A stretch of DNA of 64,000 nt from an uncultured archaeon (GTDB taxonomy: Archaea > Thermoplasmatota > Thermoplasmata > Thermoplasmatales > Thermoplasmataceae): assembly GCA_000965745.1 (NCBI GenBank), contig CP009479.1, positions 1,824,001 through 1,888,000 on the forward strand, in the 5' to 3' direction. This document shows, one piece after another, positions 30,529 through 38,414 of this stretch. Each line of letters opens with the position of its first letter. Within the stretch, counting starts at the first letter, position 1. Below the pieces are notes generated by a model. That model worked only from the letters and a program-made list of their open reading frames with translations. It ran no database searches and had not been told where the DNA came from. The translations under genes and the position numbers were made by a program.

Positions 30529-30925
30529 AGCACCGAATTGTGTCTATTTTATTTAAGTTCTCCGACATGGATTTGTTACATCTGCGAGAATGGCTGTCTG
30601 AGGAAATACCGCCTTGCGTGAGTCAATATATCACGCAAGACTATATTACAGGGGCCGCCCTGTAAAAAACAGCACAATAGGGCAGGTTTGCCCTGACGAT
30701 ATGACAAGAAATCCTGCAAAACTGTTAAGTTCTAACTGCTGATCCCACGAACGGCAACAAGCATTAAAATACTGGTTAAGATAAAATGATTTGCAGATCT
30801 GTGAATTCTTTGGGAAAAGTGAATTGCAAAGCGGTACTTGGCCATGGTTGCTTATCCAAGGTTGTGCAAAATGATGAGATGTAAGCTGTTTAGGTATGTT
30901 CTACATATGAAGGAGTGTTTCTGAT

Positions 30926-32119
30926 ATGTGCCCGGAAGTACGCCCATTCAAGCCATTGAAGTTTAAAGATAATAGGACAAGCTCCCTGTCTCCACCGTTT
31001 GATACTATTTCCGGAGAGCAGGAGATGCGGTTGAAGTCCAACCCTTATAACATAACACACCTGACCCTGCCTGACGAGGGTGGGCCTGAGGGAGCAAGAA
31101 ATAAGCTCGATCAGTGGCTGGAAAGTAATGTTCTGGTACCCGAAGACCAGGATTCCGTTATCGTTGTCAAGCAGAAATTCAGCTTTGAGAATAACGAAAT
31201 GACTAGACTTGGGATAATATCACTCGTAAGAATAAATCCTGATGACGGATCCATAAAGCCCCATGAGAAGACATTTGAAAGTTCTGTAAATGGCAGGGTC
31301 TCAATAATGTCAAGGCTTCGGTCACAGCTCGAACCCATATTCCTCACAGTGGATTGTGATACAATGGAACCAATCCTGGAGGACGCCATTGATGGACAGC
31401 AACCGGACCTTACGTACAGTGACGATGAAGGAACTGTGCATAACATTTACACAGTGAGGGACCAATCCAGAATAGCGAAGCTTCAGTCGGCCCTTTCCAG
31501 CAAAACCTTTCTCGTCGCTGACGGACACCACAGGCTGGAAGCCACCAGAAGGCTCTCCAGCGAGAGTGAGGGTGGCCAGAGAGAATTCTGGAATTATGTA
31601 ATGGCATACATCACCCCGATCAAGGAGCAAGGGCTGGTTATAGCTGGTATTCACAGGCTTGTGAAAAAGAGCATGAAGCTGGGCCAGTTTGCCGTGGAGG
31701 CTTCTAAATTCTTTGAATTAAATGAGACTTCTTATCCGAAGGATTCCAAACACATGGTTGTTTATGACGGAAAATATACGGAGCTTGTCCCCAAAGAGGA
31801 GGAGATAAGAAATGAGTTGGGCATCAGCGGAGAAGAACCACTCGTTCATGCAGAGATGCTAAATGACATTTTTTTCGCCAGGACACTGAACCTGTCTCCA
31901 CATGACCTAGAATACAGCGTGTCGTATATCCACGATGTCGAAGAGGCCAGAAAAGAGGTTGACAGCGGTAAGGCGGGAATGGTTGTCATAATGCCAAAAT
32001 GGAGTAAAGAGGAGTTTCTAAGAGCCATATCCAACGGAAAACATCTTCCTCAGAAATCGACTTACTTCTTCCCAAAGGTACTCTCAGGGATAGCTATAAA
32101 CGCATACCTCGGAGAATGA
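30926..32119 (+). CDS. DUF1015 family protein (ParB/Srx-like)
   Basis: SPPFD, PHEKT, PIF, ADGHHR, HR, PQKSTYFFPK. Confidence 0.9.
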   Translation: MCPEVRPFKPLKFKDNRTSSLSPPFDTISGEQEMRLKSNPYNITHLTLPDEGGPEGARNKLDQWLESNVLVPEDQDSVIVVKQKFSFENNEMTRLGIISLVRINPDDGSIKPHEKTFESSVNGRVSIMSRLRSQLEPIFLTVDCDTMEPILEDAIDGQQPDLTYSDDEGTVHNIYTVRDQSRIAKLQSALSSKTFLVADGHHRLEATRRLSSESEGGQREFWNYVMAYITPIKEQGLVIAGIHRLVKKSMKLGQFAVEASKFFELNETSYPKDSKHMVVYDGKYTELVPKEEEIRNELGISGEEPLVHAEMLNDIFFARTLNLSPHDLEYSVSYIHDVEEARKEVDSGKAGMVVIMPKWSKEEFLRAISNGKHLPQKSTYFFPKVLSGIAINAYLGE

Positions 32120-32280
32120 AACTCTTAACCTTTTCCATCCATTTTTCCCAATCATTTGGGAATTGAGATTCAGTGAGCCTGTATGTGCCACAGTAGTTCA
32201 CCTGACCTCTGACAGGTGGACCGGCATCTGTGCGATAACATTGAAAGGTCATATACCTACAACCGATTAACCAAGCATCG

Positions 32281-32865
32281 ATGGTATCCGAAATACTCGT
32301 AGCAAGACACGGAGAAACTGATTGGAACTTTAATGGAAAATGGCAGGGGCATACCGACCGTCCACTCAACGAAAGAGGGCTGGAACAGGCGAGGGTTCTT
32401 GCTACCAAGCTCTCCTCAATCAGGATAGATTCGATATACGCAAGTGATCTTGCACGTGCAAGAACAACAGCAGAGATCATTGCCAGTGCTGTTGGCGTGA
32501 GTAATGTGGAAATAGACGCCCGGCTTCGGGAGAGGAATCTGGGGTCATTTGAAGGATTGTCGAGTGACGAGATATGTGCAATCCTGGGTATTCCGAGGCA
32601 CAAACTTACAATAAAGGAGATAGGGGCCAATGAAACCATAGAGAAATGGGGAAGTTTCGCCAATCGTATCAGGAGTGCTGTTGATGACATAAGAGCAAGA
32701 AACAGTGACAAAAGGGTCCTGATTGTAGCACATGGCGGAGTCATGGCTGCCCTGTCCATGATCATACTGAATGATTTTGAAACACCGAGAAAGTTCACGA
32801 ACGGAGAAATAATCAGGCTGTCATTCGAGGACGAGTGGTCCATTCAGTTTAGCGGCTCTCAGTAA
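32281..32865 (+). CDS. Histidine phosphatase (dPGM-like)
   Basis: RHGETDWN, SDLARA, LRERNLG, VAHGG. Confidence 0.9.
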   Translation: MVSEILVARHGETDWNFNGKWQGHTDRPLNERGLEQARVLATKLSSIRIDSIYASDLARARTTAEIIASAVGVSNVEIDARLRERNLGSFEGLSSDEICAILGIPRHKLTIKEIGANETIEKWGSFANRIRSAVDDIRARNSDKRVLIVAHGGVMAALSMIILNDFETPRKFTNGEIIRLSFEDEWSIQFSGSQ

Positions 32866-32928
32866 AACTTGCCATAACTCAGCGCCAGCGGAAGGCTAAT
32901 TTATTATTCCTGTCCAGCATCTAACTTT

Positions 32929-33345
32929 ATGCAGTGGAAGAGAGACGGGAACGATTTCATCGTCAAGGTGGAGAGAGGAGAGGATGTGAAGGGTTCCATA
33001 ATGGATGTGGTGCAGAAAAATAATGTTAAGGCCGGCTCAATCCTGTGGGCGGTAGGCATGATCCAGGACCTTGAAATAGGCTACTTCAATGGAAAGGAGT
33101 ATGAAAAGGAAAAATATGAGGGGCCACTGGAAGTTGTCTCTTTTCATGGTTCGATAGCAGAGAACGACCCCCGTATGCATATACATGTTTCCGTTGCTGA
33201 CAGAAGCCACGGTGTAGTAGGAGGCCATCTCTTTGAAGGTGTGGCGAACCCGCTTCTTGAAGTCCACATTCAAAAACTTGAGAATATTACTTTGAAGAGG
33301 AAGTACAGTGAGTCTTCCACCCTGAAGGAACTTGAAGTCAGCTGA
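32929..33345 (+). CDS. DUF296/PPC domain protein
   Basis: EVVSFHG, HIHVSV, GGHL. Confidence 0.88.
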   Translation: MQWKRDGNDFIVKVERGEDVKGSIMDVVQKNNVKAGSILWAVGMIQDLEIGYFNGKEYEKEKYEGPLEVVSFHGSIAENDPRMHIHVSVADRSHGVVGGHLFEGVANPLLEVHIQKLENITLKRKYSESSTLKELEVS

Positions 33346-34375
33346 TGGGGCTGTATATCGAAGAGATAACCTGATCCACAATCCCCTTATCCAGGGAGAG
33401 GCGGTTCAGTTCATGCCTCATTTGCTCCAGCCCAAAACCATGCTCAGAGAGTGTTTCGGTAACACCCAGCTTGCGAATCAGGCCCTGCACAAGCTCATAA
33501 CTCTTCCCTGAAAGTTCTGAAGTGTTGTCTCCCCTGAACCCAAGCCTGTTTGCAAGGTCTGACAGGCTTTTCTTCTTCCTTTCCATGCAATAGTAGGCAG
33601 TGAGGGGGAGAACCACAGCAGCGATAAGTTCATCTGGCATGTCCATGGATTTCTTCAGGCTGTTCCTGATAGGTGTCATTGGATCCCTGCTGACGGAGTA
33701 CCCGTCCTCTTTTGAGTACCATGATGACAGGAAGCTTTCCATCCTTGATTCCATGCTCTGTCCGGGAAGATTTATTATAAGCCTTTCAAGGGATGAAAGA
33801 AGCAGGTCCTCAACCTCAGTGCTTATGTCGTCCCTCATCAGGTTTGAGAATGTGTAGTCCATGACGCTCAGGCCTGATGAGTACCAGATGGAAGCGTCTG
33901 TTTCGACGCTTGATTGCGGGTCAAGAATCACGGTTTCGGGAATGAGCGATGCCTCAGAAACATGGTTGATTTCATCGCCAATCCTGTACTCGGCCCAATC
34001 TGAGAATGAAGAGACCGTCAGAGTTGTAGGGATTGCCATATGGTGCGCTCCGTGTGCATAATAATATTTCAGGAGCTTTGATGACCATATGACACTGGCA
34101 TCGCCGACGGAGATTATGGAGTCGCATTCTTTGTTCCTGTACGCCTCGGTAAGATGCTCCACTTCCGGGAGCGGGGGGCCGTATGTTATCTCCCTGAATT
34201 CAGAATACCCATTTTCCAGCTCTTCGGTAAGTTTCCTGTAGAAGTTTGTGGACGAGTATCCTGTAGTGGAGACGATGAGAGGGTTACTGCTCCCCTTCTC
34301 CTTGATATATTCTGCTGCTGATTTGACTGTGTCGATGCCGTAAATGAGCTTTCTGCCATTGGACTGGACTGGCAT
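33338..34375 (-). CDS. Degenerate iron-containing alcohol dehydrogenase / maleylacetate-reductase-fold protein
   Basis: IPTTL and P..VILDP retained; NAD-binding and metal-binding motifs substituted. Confidence 0.75.
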   Translation of the reverse strand: MPVQSNGRKLIYGIDTVKSAAEYIKEKGSSNPLIVSTTGYSSTNFYRKLTEELENGYSEFREITYGPPLPEVEHLTEAYRNKECDSIISVGDASVIWSSKLLKYYYAHGAHHMAIPTTLTVSSFSDWAEYRIGDEINHVSEASLIPETVILDPQSSVETDASIWYSSGLSVMDYTFSNLMRDDISTEVEDLLLSSLERLIINLPGQSMESRMESFLSSWYSKEDGYSVSRDPMTPIRNSLKKSMDMPDELIAAVVLPLTAYYCMERKKKSLSDLANRLGFRGDNTSELSGKSYELVQGLIRKLGVTETLSEHGFGLEQMRHELNRLSLDKGIVDQVISSIYSPIS

Positions 34376-34379
34376 GCTT

Positions 34380-35525
34380 CTACTGATACCAGGAAGACAT
34401 ATACTTCTTGTCCTCTATTTCCGATCCTTCCCTGGTGACTTTCAGTGGTTTGTAAGCTTCTACCATGACGGCTATTTCGTCTGTCTCCTCCTTCCCTATG
34501 GAAGCGTCGACGGCTCCCGGCTGAGGACCATGAATGAGCCCCCTTACGTGCAGGGTCATGGAACCGGGGCCTATGCCCTTCCTGCTCATGAAGTTTCCAG
34601 ATGAATAGAATAGAACTTCATCTGTGTCGATGTTGCTATGATAGTATGAGATAGGTATGGAATGGGGGTGAAAATCGAATTTTCTTGGGAGGAATGTACC
34701 GACCATGAAAGAGGGCCCGCTGAAGGTCTCATGGACGGGTGGAGGCTGATGCAGTTTCCCAACGATAGGGGCCATAAGGCTCACGTTTATTGTGAACGGG
34801 TACAGATAGCCATCCCAGCCAACAACGTCCAAGGGGTTTCTGTCGCGCTCCTCTGAAATGTAATAATCGTCATAATCCACGAGCACAGTATACCTTCCAG
34901 CGTCATTGGAAGGTTCCTCCAGCACAGGTACCCTTATGTCCCTGGTATAATATGGCGTGCCTTCCTTGAGCTGGCCGTACTTGTTCAGGTATCTCCCCGG
35001 TATTGAAATTCGTTCCCTTGACTCCAGGTAGAAAAATTCCGAATTCATTTCATATTCCGCAGAGTAAGTTGTGCCCTTGGGGATGTAAACATAATCGCCC
35101 TTGCTGAACCCCAGGCTGCCCAGAACGCTCCTCAAAACACCCTTTCCCTCGTGGACAAAAAGAAGCTGGTCCCTAAGCGCGTGCCTGAAATAATTCTCCA
35201 TGGGTTTCTCGGGTTTCACCGTTCCCATTCTTACATCATCGTTGAACAGGACTGGCCTCCTTCCTGAAACCAGATCCCCTGATGGCTTGAAGAATGAGGT
35301 CGAGAAGTGCCTGTGAAGAAGTTCGTCGGTCGATTTTTCATTTATGGGCTCCTTCATTACTTTCGTGACTTTCTTTACCCTTGTTGGCTCACCCAGGTGG
35401 TACAACAATGAATATGGGCCGTCAAAACCCTCTTCGCCGAATAACTCCTCCTTGTATATCCTTGACCTGTCAATGTAAGTATGCCTGCTCTCAGGCACTT
35501 CCCCCTGCTTTACATAATACACCAT
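34380..35525 (-). CDS. hmgA: Homogentisate 1,2-dioxygenase
   Basis: DVVGWDG, HQPPPVH, YYHSNIDTDE, IHGP. Confidence 0.93.
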   Translation of the reverse strand: MVYYVKQGEVPESRHTYIDRSRIYKEELFGEEGFDGPYSLLYHLGEPTRVKKVTKVMKEPINEKSTDELLHRHFSTSFFKPSGDLVSGRRPVLFNDDVRMGTVKPEKPMENYFRHALRDQLLFVHEGKGVLRSVLGSLGFSKGDYVYIPKGTTYSAEYEMNSEFFYLESRERISIPGRYLNKYGQLKEGTPYYTRDIRVPVLEEPSNDAGRYTVLVDYDDYYISEERDRNPLDVVGWDGYLYPFTINVSLMAPIVGKLHQPPPVHETFSGPSFMVGTFLPRKFDFHPHSIPISYYHSNIDTDEVLFYSSGNFMSRKGIGPGSMTLHVRGLIHGPQPGAVDASIGKEETDEIAVMVEAYKPLKVTREGSEIEDKKYMSSWYQ

Positions 35526-35533
35526 AATGTCAC

Positions 35534-36436
35534 CTACACAACTTTGCTGATTAATTTTCCCAGGGCGTCAGATTCAAACACGACTGTATCACCCCTGTTA
35601 AGCCAGCCATACTTCTCAGGGCCTAGTTCGAGGATACACCCGGTACCGACAGTCCCTGACATGATTACGTCACCAGGGAACAGGGTGACTTCATTCGATG
35701 CCCTCTCTATCATGTCTCCAAACCCCCAGTACATTGTCTTGAGATTGGCATCACTGTACTTCCTGCCGTTAACGTATCCCTGGATACTTATGTCAAATCT
35801 CCCACTTTTCTCTTCAAGGTCCCACAGTTCCCTTCCTGCGAGAATATGGGGGCCAAAGCTCGTCCCGAAATCTTTGCTCTTGGCCGGGCCAAGGTTGAGT
35901 TTCATCTCCTTCTTCTGCTCGTCACGGGCACTCCAGTCATTCATCAGGAATGCCCCGGCTATATGATCTGCTGCCCCGGTAGCTGAAATGTCCCTTCCCT
36001 CCTTTCCTATAACTACAGCGGCCTCGAGCTCAAAATCAAGCTGTCCGGTGTATCGCGGGTATCTCACATCCTCGCCTGACGGATACAGAGAGGAGGTTCC
36101 AGAGTAATAAAAAACGGGAATTTCGTACCATTCGGGAACCATTTCCAGTCCCCTGCTATTTCTGCCAGCCTTTACATGCTCTTCAAAGGCGTAGAAATCC
36201 CTGATCTGGTTTACCTTAGGAACCGGAATGTCATGCTGCCAGGGTTCCGGTACAACACCCCTTCCGCCTTTTGCGGCTTCAACAAGGTCGTTTTCATGGT
36301 GGAGGATTATGTCGTAGAACTGGTCTGATATTGCCTTCTCGTCAATCCCCATTATGGTGGAAATTGAGTGTGCGCTGCCTCCTTCGAAGATTACGGAAAG
36401 TGTCTGCCCATCTTTTCTTATTCTGCCGACCTTCAA
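35534..36436 (-). CDS. fahA: Fumarylacetoacetate hydrolase (homogentisate pathway)
   Basis: RDFYAFEEH, DFELE, NDWSARD, SGTVGTGC; operon context. Confidence 0.85.
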   Translation of the reverse strand: MKVGRIRKDGQTLSVIFEGGSAHSISTIMGIDEKAISDQFYDIILHHENDLVEAAKGGRGVVPEPWQHDIPVPKVNQIRDFYAFEEHVKAGRNSRGLEMVPEWYEIPVFYYSGTSSLYPSGEDVRYPRYTGQLDFELEAAVVIGKEGRDISATGAADHIAGAFLMNDWSARDEQKKEMKLNLGPAKSKDFGTSFGPHILAGRELWDLEEKSGRFDISIQGYVNGRKYSDANLKTMYWGFGDMIERASNEVTLFPGDVIMSGTVGTGCILELGPEKYGWLNRGDTVVFESDALGKLISKVV

Positions 36437-37525
36437 TCAGAGATTACCCCTTCTTGCCTGCTCCACTTCAATAGACTCGAACAGTGCCTTGAAGTTTCCC
36501 TTGCCGAAGGACCTTGCCCCCTTTCTCTGTATTATCTCATAGAAGAAAGTTGGCCTGTCCCCGGTTGGCTTGGTGAATATCTGAAGCAGATAACCGGATT
36601 CATCCCTGTCCACAAGTATCTTCAGGTCCCTGAGCTTCTCCACATTTTCATCTATTTCCCCGACACGCTGGTTCAGGGTATCATAATATATGTCCGGGGT
36701 GTCCAGAAACTCTATGCCGCGTTTCTTCAGGTCGGACACAGTTTTGACAATATCGTCGGTTTCAAGGGCTATGTGCTGAACGCCCGGGGAGTTGTAGTAA
36801 TCAAGGTACTCCTGTATCTGTGATTTCTTCATCCCGAGTGCAGGCTCGTTAATCGGGAACACTATCTTCCTGTCATTGTAATGGACAACCTTGGACCTGA
36901 GGGCCGAATATTTCGTTGAGATATCCTTATCGTCAAAGCTCATTAGCTGGTCGAATCCCAGGCCTTTGACATAGTAGTCAACCCATTTGTCCATAAGACT
37001 GTCCTCGACGTTTCCCACCGCGTGATCGACTTTTTTCAGGCCTATCGGGTCAAGCGTCCTGTCATACACCTCTTCAAATCCAGGCGGTATGCTGCCTTCA
37101 TATTCTGAAAAGTCAGTAATGGTATGGACTGTCTCGCCAAATGTTGGGAGGACTGCCTTCCTTATCCTGCCATTCTCCGTCTTCTGTTCCCTGACCTTAC
37201 CCGGCTTTACGAGGCCTCTTCCTTCAACATACTTTACTGTGTAGTCTATATTCGGCACAGCAAGTTCAACATCCTTGACCCCATCTCCGTGCACCCTCAT
37301 ATGATCGGCGATTGGCGACGAGGGATTGAGAAAAGAAGTGAAAATCATCCTGATTGAACTCTGTTCCATCAAATATGAAACTCGATCCCTGACACCGGTT
37401 TCAGGCCCTGAATATGCCCTGAACCTGAATCCCATGCCGTGTTCATGCATGAAGGCCCATTGCCTTGCCGATCCAACATAGAACTCGATGGTGTTAACAG
37501 AATCAAAGGCATTTTCATCTGTCAT
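36437..37525 (-). CDS. hppD: 4-hydroxyphenylpyruvate dioxygenase
   Basis: HGDGV, DHAVGN, PINEP, GVQHIA, LLQIFT, FFYEIIQR, FGKGNF. Confidence 0.95.
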   Translation of the reverse strand: MTDENAFDSVNTIEFYVGSARQWAFMHEHGMGFRFRAYSGPETGVRDRVSYLMEQSSIRMIFTSFLNPSSPIADHMRVHGDGVKDVELAVPNIDYTVKYVEGRGLVKPGKVREQKTENGRIRKAVLPTFGETVHTITDFSEYEGSIPPGFEEVYDRTLDPIGLKKVDHAVGNVEDSLMDKWVDYYVKGLGFDQLMSFDDKDISTKYSALRSKVVHYNDRKIVFPINEPALGMKKSQIQEYLDYYNSPGVQHIALETDDIVKTVSDLKKRGIEFLDTPDIYYDTLNQRVGEIDENVEKLRDLKILVDRDESGYLLQIFTKPTGDRPTFFYEIIQRKGARSFGKGNFKALFESIEVEQARRGNL

Positions 37526-37737
37526 ATATCAGTATAAGAGTCCTTGGATATAACTATTTTCTCTCTGAGGCCGTAAAATAGCGTGTTACAAGATAACAAG
37601 TGGCTATTCGATTCAACAACAGTTCCAAGGGACAAGAAACAGAAAATTGTCGTTGATGTGGGTTCCAGAGGTGCATTCCGGTCAATGTTGTGTCTGCACT
37701 ACTAGAAACAGATATCTATTTTCAACGAATATCCCCC

Positions 37738-38406
37738 ATGATATTATTGTCTGGCGAAATTTACATGATGGTGCTTTCCTACAGGTTCACCGATGATTTC
37801 TGGGTGCAGGATTCCTACAGGCAGAACAACATACTGAAAGCTGTTAACAGAATTGTAAATGATGAGAGCAATGAGCTCATACACCTAAAAACGTACAAGG
37901 GAATAAGGTATGACAGCGACGTTATATTCTGGATGTCTTCCTACAAACCGGAGGCGCTGACTGAGGTCAGGTTCAAGATAAACAGGTACTTCGGCGGATA
38001 TGCTGGCACGAACTACGGGATGATATCCCTTTACGAGCATTCGCCCTACCTGAAAAAAGATGGAGAGCTGTCGGATACCTTGACACAGGAGCCGCTGAAA
38101 TACTTTGTTGCATACCCTATGAGCAAACTTTCCGAATGGTACCTGATGGATTATGAGGAGAGGAAGAAGATACTCGCCGAGCATATAGGAATGGCGTCCA
38201 GCAGTCCTGAAAGCAAGGGAATCAGGTCATACACCACTTATTCGCACGGGCTTGATGACCAGGAATTTGTCGTACTGTACGAAGTTGAGTCGCTCAGTGA
38301 CTGGTCCCACGTTACTGCCAAGTTAAGAGAGGCCAGGGCAAGAAAGTGGATCATAAAGGAAACGCCCATAATCACTGGCGTTCTTGCGGATCTGGACAAT
38401 TTCTGA
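37738..38406 (+). CDS. Chlorite dismutase / coproheme decarboxylase family heme protein
   Basis: YFVAYPMSK, WYL, EH, SYTTYS.G.DDQEF; start approximate. Confidence 0.85.
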   Translation: MILLSGEIYMMVLSYRFTDDFWVQDSYRQNNILKAVNRIVNDESNELIHLKTYKGIRYDSDVIFWMSSYKPEALTEVRFKINRYFGGYAGTNYGMISLYEHSPYLKKDGELSDTLTQEPLKYFVAYPMSKLSEWYLMDYEERKKILAEHIGMASSSPESKGIRSYTTYSHGLDDQEFVVLYEVESLSDWSHVTAKLREARARKWIIKETPIITGVLADLDNF

Positions 38407-38414
38407 TTCCGGAT

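Noticed and set aside
30675-30705. Minus-strand GGGCAAACC resembling the c-di-GMP-I riboswitch P1
   Set aside because: Downstream GAAA and GACGCAAAGC elements are absent; it folds as a simple hairpin
32165-32220. Two short hairpins between DUF1015 and the phosphatase gene
   Set aside because: 7-bp stems with no other support
32094-32843. 249-aa antisense ORF
   Set aside because: Shadow of the histidine phosphatase gene
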